A stretch of 64,000 nt of DNA, taken from IMG/VR virus record IMGVR_UViG_2778261268_000002; one strand, given 5' to 3'. The stretch's first letter is position 1. The number at the start of each line of letters is the position of its first letter. Origin of the DNA: a virus. Its lineage: Duplodnaviria > Heunggongvirae > Uroviricota > Caudoviricetes. Below are positions 41,201 through 52,652 of this stretch, piece by piece. The translations under genes were made by a program, and so were the position numbers. The notes under the pieces are model-generated. The model searched no databases. It was not told where the DNA came from and saw nothing but the letters and a program-made list of their open reading frames with translations.

Positions 41201-44200
41201 CATGTCAGTACATACGCGGTCCATATCCCTGATTATTGAGAAGATCGGACGGGCTTTCTCGTGCTCAATCACGCCGTCTTCATTGACCGAGGTCGTTACA
41301 CCATTGTTGGCTTTGGCCGCCGCTTCCGCCTGCTGACGCAATTCTTCATACGCCGCCAGTTGTTCTTCAGTAAGTGGTGCATCCTGCTGGTGTTCGTCCA
41401 GTTCCGGGATCTCCACGGTATCCTTAACGTCTTCCGCCGTTTTAAGCGTTGTCCAGCGATGGAATATGCCGCGCAGCGCATCAAGGTTTTCAAAACCCAC
41501 CAGCGCCATTTTTTCTTCAACTTCGCCGCTGATTTTCTGTACCGTTTCCAGCCTGGTCTTGCCGAAGAATTTTACGAAGTCATCAGGACTGTAGATCCCC
41601 ATCTTCTGCCAGTATTCCTTCGGCAGAACATGAGAAAGCATGTTGTATGCATCGATCGGGGTGTTAACGACTGGTGTTGCAGTCAGGAGAACCGGTCCGC
41701 GCCCGCCATTCTTTTTCATCAAGTACGCGTTTTTGATTGCCATATCTCGCGCCGATTGCGCCACCGCGCTGGTGGGCAGATAGGCCAGCTGTGACGCTTC
41801 GCGACCATTTTTATAGCTATTGCGGTAGTTGTGGCCTTCGTCAGCAATCACGCTGTCGAAGCCCATATCCTCAAAGTACGGATACTTCTCTGCTTTTTCG
41901 GTACCGGTATCTGAATACTCCGACAATACCCGGCGACGCGCCGCCTCTTTGCGGTGGGAGTCGGAGTCCATTGCGCTGGCTACGCGCCCGGCGGCAACGA
42001 AGTCATAAAGCATGTCTTGTGCATGCTCATCTACGGTGTCATCACGTAGCGGAATGCGGGCGTATTGTTCTTTGGTAAACACGACTGCACGGTAATTTGA
42101 GTGCGGGATCGCGTTCATCCGCGCCGTGATAGTGGCTTCATCTGCCAGCTTAAGAGCATCGCGCATAACTGGAGTGCCATCAGTACCAAGAACAGGTTTA
42201 CCGTTCTCATTGAGCACCGGCACCTGGCGAATCTGATCGCCATCCATCAGCACATCAAGACCGACGAACAAGTAGTTACTGAATGCCTCTTCACTCAGGA
42301 ATTCTTTTGCTTCGTAATACCAATTTTCCAGCACTGATTTAGGCACTACATACGCAGTACGGGTGGAGCGACCGTTCTCATAGTTGAACGCCTCAAGCGC
42401 CAGCGCGGTCGTGGTTTTACCCAGCCCGGTGCCGAAGCCCAGGATGCCGCGCCCATCTTCGGACAGTCGGCGCACCTCGCTATTCTGGTAATCAAATGGC
42501 TGGCGCTTACCGCTTAATCCCTTCAACCCAAGCGGATCGCCAGAGTGTTCATACGGGATATTGCTATTGAACACATCGTTGTATTTGGTAACCAGTTCAT
42601 CGTAGCGATCGTGCGTCTTGATCCACTTATTGAACTGGTCCTCAAGCAGTGCCATCTGCTCGCGGTAGCCGTTCGCCGTCGCGCTATCTTTGCCACCGAT
42701 ACGCGCACCATTGAGATACTTTTCCAGCTGTGCCGGGAACCCGGTCGCGTTTTCACCTGATTTACGGTCCCACTCGTAGCGGATCTCGCCTGTTTCTTTA
42801 TCCTTGCGCTGGACGACACCGTATCGGTGCCCGACGAACAGGCCATCACTACCGTGATAGGTGTCAGAAACCATTTCGTCGCCTTCCAGCTGCACTGACT
42901 GCACATAGCGCAGATCCGGATAGCCGTTTTCCTGCAAAAATTCCAGAATGACGGAACGGTCGAACCAACGGCTATTGAGCTTAAAGCGGATATTCTCTGC
43001 TGGCGTCTTGATGCGCTTCTCTTCGATCGCTGCCAGCTGATTAAGGACGTTGTTCTTTACTGGACCGTCGGGGAGTGTGGCAAGGAATTCCTGTTTTGGA
43101 GCCACTATCTCGTTAATGTCGCCGCTGGTGGCGCGGGCGAACGGAACAATCCCGCCATACGGTGAAACCGCAATGCCAGGGGTGCTGGCCAATAAATTAA
43201 GCAACTCGTCATCACTGGCTGGCAGTTCACCGGTAAACGCAAGGCGGAAATCATCGAGCTGGATTGGATCGCGAGTGAGATCACTGTAGAGATAACGCAG
43301 GGTGTCCTGATAGCTGGTGGAGTCATAACTGGCGCTGGAATCATGCGTAACCAGTTTTCCTGTCAGCTCGTCAGAAATAGCGCCATCCAGCTTAATTGCA
43401 CCACGGAAAGCAAACCAAGCGCGCGCACCGCTTCCTGATAATTTCGCTATAGGACCGCGACCGGGGTTACCAAAACGGTCAATCTCTGCCTGCAAACGGG
43501 ATACCAGAGAAAGGCGCTGCTGTTCGATTTGTTCAGCACTATGCCCGGCGGCCTTCATATCCTGATATTCAATTAACATCCGGCCAATCATCGCCCCGCG
43601 ATACAAGCGTTCACGGTATTTTTCAGGCTGGCTGTTAATCCAGTCCACCAGCTGCACCATATCGTCGCTGATTGATGTGGTGTACTTATCGCGGACATTT
43701 GCCATCTGGGTAAATGTCATACCGAGACGGCCTTCTGTTGTAGTCAGGTTACGCTGAAGAGCCTCCCAGCTATCCGCGCCATAACTGGCAGCATCGATCT
43801 TAAGTTCCTTCCCGGCATCAGCTTCAATCCAGCGACCACCAGCATATTTTTGCCATACGCCATTAATCAGGCGCATTTCCCCTTCACCAACAACGTCTGC
43901 GGTCGGTGACGGTTCAGCCATATCGAGCAAAGACCAGTCGATACGGCTTTCGAAACGATGAATCAGCTTCGCTTTAAGAGCCTGGTTATCAATCTGACCG
44001 TCGGCACGAACCTCAATACGCCCCTGGAAGCCCTTTTCCTGGGTGCCATGAACAAACCGGCGGCCATCCTTTTCAAACCACTTGCCAGAAATAAACGTTG
44101 GCCAAAGCACATTTGCCGATTCAAGAGTGCTTTCATCCACCAGGGGGATTTTCTCAGCCATCTCTGCCGGATGTTTGCGCATCAGCACCACATCTACGAC

Positions 44201-44995
44201 CGTACTGGTCCCGTTTGCGTCAAAAGTACCGGTAGGCAAGCGGTGGGCACCAAGAAATTCAGCTTTCCGTGATAGGCGCAGGCGTAACCGCTTCATGTTT
44301 GAACCTGAAACAATGGACGGCGGCACAATCACGCACATGAATCCGCCTGGCTTTATCTTGTCCAGCATGCGGAGCATGAAGTAAGAACCCATGTCCGTTT
44401 CTTCTGCGTAAGGCTTATCGATGTTGCGTGTGTTATCACGACCGCCGAACGGAACGTTACCCACAACATGGTCGAATGAATCGTTAGGCGTGCTTACAGC
44501 CAGTTGTTCGAACGGGGAAATCTGTACGCTGTCTTCCGGGTGTAACAGCTGGTTTATACGACCGGAAACACTGCTGATCTCAGTCGCGGTCATCACCGTA
44601 CCAACCGGTTTTGTCTCATTAAAAACGCCGGTTCCCGCCGATGGTTCCAGAGTGTTACCTACGTCCGCGCCGTAGAGCTTCATGATCTCCCAGACACCTT
44701 CAGCGATCGGCTTTGGTGTGTAATATTCGGAGACGGACCCGCCAATGCCGCCTTCACCGGTGTACCCAGCCAGGATCTGGCGCTGTTCATCTGTCAGTGT
44801 CGCGCCGTCCACCAGTGAATTAAGCAAATCTATCGCCTTCTGATTCGCCTCCCGGCGCAGTCGGTCATAGCTTTTGCCTTCCACCTTTTCCACGCCGTAT
44901 TTAATCGGCGCTCGGTGAGATGTTATTGCCCTAATGTATTTCAATATTTCGCTGACACTTGAACAGCGAAACACCCCCATAGATAGCTTGTTCAT
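38228..44995 (-). CDS. darB: DarB antirestriction protein: N6-adenine methyltransferase fused to DEAH-type helicase
   Basis: 2255 aa (size recalled for P1 DarB); methyltransferase motifs LEPSAGTGVF and GNVPFGG; helicase motifs GTGLGKTT, VIADEGHNY, LLTATPV. Confidence 0.9.
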   Translation of the reverse strand: MNKLSMGVFRCSSVSEILKYIRAITSHRAPIKYGVEKVEGKSYDRLRREANQKAIDLLNSLVDGATLTDEQRQILAGYTGEGGIGGSVSEYYTPKPIAEGVWEIMKLYGADVGNTLEPSAGTGVFNETKPVGTVMTATEISSVSGRINQLLHPEDSVQISPFEQLAVSTPNDSFDHVVGNVPFGGRDNTRNIDKPYAEETDMGSYFMLRMLDKIKPGGFMCVIVPPSIVSGSNMKRLRLRLSRKAEFLGAHRLPTGTFDANGTSTVVDVVLMRKHPAEMAEKIPLVDESTLESANVLWPTFISGKWFEKDGRRFVHGTQEKGFQGRIEVRADGQIDNQALKAKLIHRFESRIDWSLLDMAEPSPTADVVGEGEMRLINGVWQKYAGGRWIEADAGKELKIDAASYGADSWEALQRNLTTTEGRLGMTFTQMANVRDKYTTSISDDMVQLVDWINSQPEKYRERLYRGAMIGRMLIEYQDMKAAGHSAEQIEQQRLSLVSRLQAEIDRFGNPGRGPIAKLSGSGARAWFAFRGAIKLDGAISDELTGKLVTHDSSASYDSTSYQDTLRYLYSDLTRDPIQLDDFRLAFTGELPASDDELLNLLASTPGIAVSPYGGIVPFARATSGDINEIVAPKQEFLATLPDGPVKNNVLNQLAAIEEKRIKTPAENIRFKLNSRWFDRSVILEFLQENGYPDLRYVQSVQLEGDEMVSDTYHGSDGLFVGHRYGVVQRKDKETGEIRYEWDRKSGENATGFPAQLEKYLNGARIGGKDSATANGYREQMALLEDQFNKWIKTHDRYDELVTKYNDVFNSNIPYEHSGDPLGLKGLSGKRQPFDYQNSEVRRLSEDGRGILGFGTGLGKTTTALALEAFNYENGRSTRTAYVVPKSVLENWYYEAKEFLSEEAFSNYLFVGLDVLMDGDQIRQVPVLNENGKPVLGTDGTPVMRDALKLADEATITARMNAIPHSNYRAVVFTKEQYARIPLRDDTVDEHAQDMLYDFVAAGRVASAMDSDSHRKEAARRRVLSEYSDTGTEKAEKYPYFEDMGFDSVIADEGHNYRNSYKNGREASQLAYLPTSAVAQSARDMAIKNAYLMKKNGGRGPVLLTATPVVNTPIDAYNMLSHVLPKEYWQKMGIYSPDDFVKFFGKTRLETVQKISGEVEEKMALVGFENLDALRGIFHRWTTLKTAEDVKDTVEIPELDEHQQDAPLTEEQLAAYEELRQQAEAAAKANNGVTTSVNEDGVIEHEKARPIFSIIRDMDRVCTDMDLYYRRITYRFLPEYADAVQQLADSLPKQATSEDDDSDDSITQQSQYSLIDKGEFIQLQVPEAFEQEVNKRLARFGIDEQTVTHPVTPKYAKLIATLKEFFPEGKQIIFTDEKTQHQKLKRIICNALNLEPSKVGILNAQTVAEAGKTGKKLKAVKPPKELPDEPTDAQIAKYNEQMALYDAYIAQQNEMSLGGLEKIAADFQEGRTPIIICNKKAEVGINLHRGTTDIHHLTLPWTPASIAQRNGRGARVGSNRASVRVHYYCGKGSFDEYRLKTLKRKAGWISDILRSDKSEMENADANDMIEMQMYTAKDDGERLAMMQVQMDKAKAAQRARQKEQATIDLQNYIKAQHAAGEDVEVLTAELERSKAELEKTTAEVAKFKQAAMAKAADNADWKARWGSVHHTDRMLLAQYRASLKSAIQRKANISQAISRYEKLLNRTQKAATDIKRLRPLVEDALNKGILDVDPDLVNHASEFLVIGDRSWRVGQYYDCAGDIVRIKSLDFDSQRADVEIIFTFKGTKSGNWDVKTLDKQVDVTPDEDAVMQKISGGVSIAGINDIVSCDDFYRFQQRGMIKITDSYGVQTTESGYSIDFVGTYTDPLKHAVYPDRRDGALKSSIAKWVLGMMSEGNNRQIRSAEAFLVELFGSNYGDVIASYGDTLSPEAIQEKIADAIARMPEKTSQGATRNGDSELEVTNAIFGTNEFRASDYEITTAQFGTIGIYSNKDEIKQAMDAASARIAAERKVNLNHAVAALTQSWVTAIREAATTGKITPAIADVVNDGSKFMDAYKMDAVQLPSAYGQLSYRMTYNLVSMFTDLAILGLVDLNEVTPELLSMRKNHVEILQSINTVLAGRTDEEKQADADRINLALGNITEEEIAARNEKQEELSSIQGDATSIAQSLGLNYRVSTADLEMMYAPKFAAGEVFGLQEASGMKGVLFRAKDAIKAKFGARWLPAKAKNSDFLGNWWIIETKHNVADVLAVIQQYA

Positions 44996-45004
44996 TGGTA
45001 ATCC

Positions 45005-45028
45005 TTAACAAGTGACTAGTGTTAAATT
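45005..45028 (+). promoter_or_regulatory. P1 late-promoter-like motif upstream of the putative portal gene
   Basis: TTAACAAGTGACTAGTGTTAAATT; shared AACAA(A/G)TGA core with three other sites. Confidence 0.45.
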
Positions 45029-45061
45029 CCGTTCAAACACGATGCGAATTATTCTAATTAA

Positions 45062-47792
<2,731 letters not shown>

Positions 47793-47794
47793 CA

Positions 47795-49130
47795 CCCTCC
47801 ACGCCCTGACGGGCGTGGATTCCTGCTACGTTCAGGCTGTCGCCTGAATCATTTCGGTGGGTTCCTGCTTCAACGGACGGCCTGACTGCACCATCCCTCC
47901 ACAGGCAAGTACGGCGTGCCCCGCCGCTAAAATGTTACGAGCGCCGTTTACATCGGCGTTCGCTGTATATCCACATACCTGGCATCTGAATTTACTTTGT
48001 GACAGGCGATTTTCTTTCGCGGTATGACCACAGCACGCGCAACGCTGGCTTGTGTACGCTGGCGGCACTGCCAGTACCTGACCACCATGCCAGAGCTGCT
48101 TATACTCAAGCTGGCGGCGCATTTCATACCAGCCCTGATCCAGTATCGAACGGTTTAAACCTGATTTTGCCCGGACATTGCGACCCGGCTGACTTATCGT
48201 ACCCGCCGCTGACTTTGACATGTGTTTAACCTTCAAATCCTCAATGACAATCATTGCGTGGTTTTTGCTGATGATCGTTGTGACTTTATGAAGGTAGTCT
48301 CTGCGGATATTTGCGATACGGGAGTGCAGTTGCTGTATTTTGCGTTTCTGCTTCTGCCAGTTGTTGCTGAATCTGACCTTGCGGCTTAACTGGCGCTGAA
48401 GTCTCGCCAGCTTTTTCTGGTTTTTCTGGAAACTGTTTACAGGCTCAAAGACTGTGCCATCTGACAGCGTGGCGAGCCTGGCCACGCCAGCATCCAATCC
48501 GACCATTGATGCTGAAGGGTGAGCCGGAGTGGATACTTCACTTTCTGTCTGAATACTGATGTACCATTTACCGCAGGACTGGCTGACAGTGACATTTTTC
48601 ACAATCCCCGTGACCTGCCGGCTGTTACGGTAGCGCATCCAGCCAAGTTTCGGCAGAAAAATACGGCTGTTTTCCTGGTCGAGCTTAACACCCTGCGGGT
48701 AGCGGAATGCATCATTCTGTCCCCGCTTTTTGAATCGGGGAAAAGCCGCCCGCTTCTGGAAGAAATTTTTGTAGGCCCGCTCAAGGTCTTTCAGTGACTG
48801 CTGCAATGGCTGTGAGGGAGAATCTTTAAGCCATTCGGTTTCAGTGTCTTTTTTCCACTCAACCAACCAGGAAGCCATTTTCGTGTAAGGGATGTATTTA
48901 TTCCCGGCCTCATAATTCTCATTCTGAAGTGCCAGTGCACGATTGAAAACGAAACGACAAGCTCCGGCAAAGAGCCTCATTTGACGCTCCTGTTGACCAC
49001 CGGGTCTTAACTGGAATTTAAATGCTTGTAGTCGCTTCATCCCACTATTTTAAACAAAAACAGTTAGGTGGAAAACCACGCCTTATATCCCCTCCCTGAA
49101 GGACGGGATTTTACGGCGCACCGGATAACC
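47795..49130 (-). mobile_element. IS200/IS605-family insertion carrying tnpB only (approximate boundaries)
   Basis: TnpB ORF flanked by subterminal hairpins (CCACGCCC-TGAC-GGGCGTGG at 47799-47818; GGCGTGG-containing imperfect palindrome near 49060-49100); no tnpA. Confidence 0.6.
47832..49040 (-). CDS. tnpB: TnpB (OrfB) RNA-guided nuclease of an IS200/IS605 element
   Basis: 402 aa; RuvC-like split motifs and C-terminal zinc finger CACCGH...CQVCGY; N-terminal region typical of OrfB. Confidence 0.85.
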   Translation of the reverse strand: MKRLQAFKFQLRPGGQQERQMRLFAGACRFVFNRALALQNENYEAGNKYIPYTKMASWLVEWKKDTETEWLKDSPSQPLQQSLKDLERAYKNFFQKRAAFPRFKKRGQNDAFRYPQGVKLDQENSRIFLPKLGWMRYRNSRQVTGIVKNVTVSQSCGKWYISIQTESEVSTPAHPSASMVGLDAGVARLATLSDGTVFEPVNSFQKNQKKLARLQRQLSRKVRFSNNWQKQKRKIQQLHSRIANIRRDYLHKVTTIISKNHAMIVIEDLKVKHMSKSAAGTISQPGRNVRAKSGLNRSILDQGWYEMRRQLEYKQLWHGGQVLAVPPAYTSQRCACCGHTAKENRLSQSKFRCQVCGYTANADVNGARNILAAGHAVLACGGMVQSGRPLKQEPTEMIQATA

Positions 49131-49162
49131 ACCAAAAATAACCCCGGCGGCTTCCGGGGTTA
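49131..49162 (-). terminator. rho-independent terminator for the leftward lysis transcript
   Basis: AACCCCGG-CGGCTTC-CCGGGGTT hairpin; the minus strand reads hairpin followed by ATTTTTGG. Confidence 0.55.
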
Positions 49163-49172
49163 TCGTTAACTA

Positions 49173-49427
49173 TTATCGCCTTCGCCTGCGTGCCATATAT
49201 TTGCGCACCGCGCGGCGTGGACAATCTGAAGCGGTTTCTTTCTGCTGCATCAATCTCGCAGCCATGCTCAAAAATGTCAGGCACAGCCGAAGCCCGGCAT
49301 ATAATAGCGGTTCCAGTGGCCACGTCTCATTGAGCACATATACCGCCATGAAAATCGAGTCGAAAACTATCGCCGCCAGCGATAACTTCATTGTCGAAAG
49401 TCGGCGGAGCTGCCGGAGTTTATTCAT
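49173..49427 (-). CDS. small membrane protein downstream of lyz
   Basis: 84 aa, hydrophobic core, Arg-rich C-terminus; start overlaps the lyz stop. Confidence 0.45.
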   Translation of the reverse strand: MNKLRQLRRLSTMKLSLAAIVFDSIFMAVYVLNETWPLEPLLYAGLRLCLTFLSMAARLMQQKETASDCPRRAVRKYMARRRRR

Positions 49428-49977
49428 TGATCAGCCCCGTCAGGCAAAGCTGGCGTTCTTTTTCACGGCGAATCTTTAAACCTCGCAGGGGCACGCCGTT
49501 ACTGTTCACGAAATCAGGGAGATGGTTACACATATTCACCCATTCCTCTTTCTGCGCCCACTTGTGGATGGACGTTTCTACTCGCATGCCTCGCGCTTTG
49601 CTGTAGTAGGTCCGTAAGCTATTACATCCCATATTGAATGCCGCGCTTGTCATTGCACTGAAGGCATTATCGGGCATGTCTTTGCCCCGGAAGTGCTGAT
49701 TAATACAGCGTTCAGCGATCAGGATATTCTTTTCCCAATCAGCGGCGATTTGCTGGTCGGTTTTTCGCACACCCGGCGTTACCCCGTGTGCATTACCGAT
49801 CCCGTCAGTCCATACCCCCGCCGGGCACATGTATGGATCACGTCGGCAACCTTCAGCGTTACCAATCAGCTCAAGCCCTGCCTGGTTGGTTCGCACATTG
49901 CCATTACCCATCACGATGGTAATCATCACCGCGATAGCGCAAATTGCACCGCCTCCTGCGGCTGTTTTTCCCTTCAT
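49420..49977 (-). CDS. lyz: SAR endolysin (P1 Lyz)
   Basis: 185 aa from MKGKTAAGGGAICAIAVMITIVMG (signal-anchor-release segment); lysozyme catalytic region; matches recalled P1 Lyz. Confidence 0.9.
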   Translation of the reverse strand: MKGKTAAGGGAICAIAVMITIVMGNGNVRTNQAGLELIGNAEGCRRDPYMCPAGVWTDGIGNAHGVTPGVRKTDQQIAADWEKNILIAERCINQHFRGKDMPDNAFSAMTSAAFNMGCNSLRTYYSKARGMRVETSIHKWAQKEEWVNMCNHLPDFVNSNGVPLRGLKIRREKERQLCLTGLINE

Positions 49978-50060
49978 AAAGACCTCATAAGCGAATTTTT
50001 TACGCTCCAGGACAAACACTCATTCACAGCCAATACCGACTGACTCGATCCCTTTAGAAG

Positions 50061-50088
50061 GCACAGGATAATGCAAATCACTTGTTAG
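50061..50088 (-). promoter_or_regulatory. P1 late-promoter-like motif upstream of lyz
   Basis: Reverse complement reads AACAAGTGATTTGCATTATCCTGTGC. Confidence 0.4.
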
Positions 50089-50110
50089 CTACGTTTCAAA
50101 GATATACATT

Positions 50111-50127
50111 ATTGCTCTAATTAATTT
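50111..50127. promoter_or_regulatory. C1 operator-like site upstream of ssb
   Basis: ATTGCTCTAATTAATTT. Confidence 0.6.
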
Positions 50128-50146
50128 ATTTTATTAGGTAAGATAA

Positions 50147-50635
50147 GTGGCACAACGCGGTGTAAACAAAGTCATCCTGATTGGTACCCTGGGGCAAGAC
50201 CCGGAGATCAGGTATATACCAAATGGCGGCGCGGTCGGAAGACTCAGCATCGCAACGAATGAATCATGGCGCGACAAGCAAACGGGCCAACAGAAAGAGC
50301 AAACAGAATGGCATAAAGTCGTTTTGTTCGGAAAACTTGCTGAAATTGCGAGTGAGTATTTACGAAAAGGTTCTCAGGTCTACATCGAAGGGAAACTTAA
50401 AACCCGTAAGTGGACAGATGACGCCGGTGTAGAACGTTACACGACGGAAATTATCGTCAGCCAGGGCGGCACCATGCAAATGATCGGCGCTCGCCGTGAC
50501 GATTCACAGTCCTCAAATGGCTGGGGGCAATCAAACCAACCTCAAAACCACCAGCAATACAGTGGTGGCGGTAAACCTCAGAGCAACGCCAATAACGAAC
50601 CTCAAATGGACTTTGACGACGATATTCCGTTTTGA
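50147..50635 (+). CDS. ssb: single-stranded DNA-binding protein
   Basis: GTG start with RBS AGGTAAG; OB fold beginning [17 protein letters not shown]; Gly/Gln-rich linker; acidic tail DFDDDIPF. Confidence 0.9.
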   Translation: MAQRGVNKVILIGTLGQDPEIRYIPNGGAVGRLSIATNESWRDKQTGQQKEQTEWHKVVLFGKLAEIASEYLRKGSQVYIEGKLKTRKWTDDAGVERYTTEIIVSQGGTMQMIGARRDDSQSSNGWGQSNQPQNHQQYSGGGKPQSNANNEPQMDFDDDIPF

Positions 50636-50832
50636 ATGTGTAAAAAACGACTGAAAGAAAAGCGGTGGTCCAGACGCCGACAAAAGCACGAACTCGCAAA
50701 CAAACGCCAAAGTTGGCAATGGCACGCGCTTTTCACGAAAAGAACACCCCGAGATATTGCTTTCGCTGGTGGGAAAACATTCCTGACCCACCTGAAGGCG
50801 CAATACATCAGGTTTTAAGCAGAGGAAAGACT

Positions 50833-51510
50833 ATGAATAACATGACAACGAAAGAGCTTTTGACGGCACTTCCAAAATACAAAAGCCATAAAACAGTTCG
50901 CGCCTCAAAAATCAAAGATATCGAAATTATCGCCCTAATGGATGTGGTCCTTTTTTGCAACATCGAAGTCGTTGAGCCAGAAGGGGTAAAAGTCCATGTT
51001 GATAAAATGTTTTTGCAAAAACACCGACCAGAAATTGGCGGATATCTGGTCGCTTATGAGGACGGATCTCTGTCCTATTCACCAGAAAAAACATTTGAAG
51101 AAGGCTTTAGTCGGACTAACGACTTCTTCGAAAATGGGGTATCGCTCAGTATTGAAGGTCACAATGGGGTGACATTCATTACAGCCAGGGACGTAACTAT
51201 TGCTGCCAGTGGCATCATTACCACACAAGAAGAAATCGACCTTGAAGCAGCCGACTTTTCTGACGCGCTGATGTGGCTGAAGGATGGCAAGAAAGTTGCT
51301 CGACGCGGGTGGAACGGCGAAAACCAATTCTGCTGGCTGGTTCCTGAAGGACAGTACCCGGCACGAATGGAAGCCATTAAGGGATATTTCCCCGGCGACC
51401 TCGTTCCGTATGGTGCTTATTTCGCCTTAAAAAATGCACAAGGTGTAGTTGTTCCGTGGGTGCCTTCTGTATGCGACTTACTGGCATGTGACTGGTTTGT
51501 AGTGGAGTGA
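50833..51510 (+). CDS. two-domain protein with C-terminal DUF2829 (Tad2-like) domain
   Basis: ATG 50833 with RBS GAGGAAAG; C-terminal ALMWLKDGKKVARRGWNGENQF...PYGAYFALKNAQGVVVPWVPSVCDLLACDWFVVE fits the DUF2829 pattern. Confidence 0.55.
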   Translation: MNNMTTKELLTALPKYKSHKTVRASKIKDIEIIALMDVVLFCNIEVVEPEGVKVHVDKMFLQKHRPEIGGYLVAYEDGSLSYSPEKTFEEGFSRTNDFFENGVSLSIEGHNGVTFITARDVTIAASGIITTQEEIDLEAADFSDALMWLKDGKKVARRGWNGENQFCWLVPEGQYPARMEAIKGYFPGDLVPYGAYFALKNAQGVVVPWVPSVCDLLACDWFVVE

Positions 51511-51516
51511 TTTAAC

Positions 51517-52305
51517 GTGGAAAATACTAAAGCAATTCAATACCGCCTGCGTAATGGCCAGAGTGTCGAAGTGACCATCAATAATGATGGTGTACCTGGC
51601 GAAAAGGTTTCTATCTCTGATCTGGCTATCGAAAAAACCATCATGTGCCACCTTGGCTTTACTGAAGAAGTGAGCAAAAAGCATGGTGTAGCTATCTGGC
51701 GCACAATGGATACTGGCATGCGCAGATTCATTACTGCTCGTACCCCTAGTATGACCATGATGGACCTCATGCAGATTGCGCCGCTGTTTGAGTGTGAACC
51801 TTTGGATGTATTCAGCAATCCAGCCATCTGCCAGCAGTTATATGGTGAGATGAAACTCGCGGTTACCCCCATTGTGCTGCATGAAGGATCGCTTGCTGGC
51901 GTATGGAAAGTAGAGCGAATTTCAAGCTACATGCCTTTCCACATCCATGTCAACGGCGTAATCGCAGGTGAAAATCAACCTGTTTCAGTTACAAAGTCAG
52001 ACCTCAAGCGCGCAATTCTTGAAGCAAGTTGTCGAGTTATCGGCCTGGGCAAACAGTCTTATGTTTCCTTCCCGGCTGGCCCTGAAGGCCCGGCAGAAAT
52101 TCTGATTATGGATGCCGATCTGCTCTGGCAAATACAGTTTCTGATTGGCAAAAGCATCATCCACGCTGAAGAACTCGATCAGTACATTACCTGCACGATG
52201 ACGGATGAAGTCAAAAGTGTGGCTATAGCCAATGCCCGGAACCTATGTCGTGCTGCATTAACAGAACTGCAAGAAAACACCACGGAAGAAGTGGAAAGCG
52301 ATTAA
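51517..52305 (+). CDS. hypothetical protein (262 aa)
   Basis: GTG start; long ORF ending at a terminator hairpin. Confidence 0.5.
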   Translation: MENTKAIQYRLRNGQSVEVTINNDGVPGEKVSISDLAIEKTIMCHLGFTEEVSKKHGVAIWRTMDTGMRRFITARTPSMTMMDLMQIAPLFECEPLDVFSNPAICQQLYGEMKLAVTPIVLHEGSLAGVWKVERISSYMPFHIHVNGVIAGENQPVSVTKSDLKRAILEASCRVIGLGKQSYVSFPAGPEGPAEILIMDADLLWQIQFLIGKSIIHAEELDQYITCTMTDEVKSVAIANARNLCRAALTELQENTTEEVESD

Positions 52306-52333
52306 AAAAAATCCCGCCGATTGGCGGGATTTC
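52304..52333. terminator. bidirectional rho-independent terminator
   Basis: A8-ATCCCGCC-GATT-GGCGGGAT-TTCTTC between convergent genes. Confidence 0.65.
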
Positions 52334-52334
52334 T

Positions 52335-52652
52335 TCAATATACGATCTGGTCTACATGATCCCCAAAATCATCGTCGTCATCGTCGTCGTCCTCATCGCC
52401 ACCCTCTACTGCTGGCCAATCAACAAACCAGCCAGCGTAAAGATGCAGCGTTCGGAGAACATCACTTGCGGGAGCATCAAGGGTGTTAACGAATCCCATA
52501 TAGCTATTGGGATTTGCCCCAGCTATGGCTTCAGCGATCATGTCCTCGGTAATGTCACCGGAGATAATGCTTAAACGCCCGGAAACTTCTTCATTATCAT
52601 CAAATTCGATAATGGCATCTCCGCCTAATGGCGCTGCGATTTTAATCTGCAT
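52335..52652 (-). CDS. hypothetical protein with poly-Asp C-terminal region
   Basis: 105 aa; GGDEDDDDDDDD tract; last gene of the leftward dar operon. Confidence 0.45.
   Translation of the reverse strand: MQIKIAAPLGGDAIIEFDDNEEVSGRLSIISGDITEDMIAEAIAGANPNSYMGFVNTLDAPASDVLRTLHLYAGWFVDWPAVEGGDEDDDDDDDDFGDHVDQIVY

Noticed and set aside
41261-42078. Plus-strand ORFs of 177 and 113 aa inside darB
   Set aside because: Antisense shadow ORFs within a 2255-aa gene that has clear methyltransferase and helicase motifs; no RBS.
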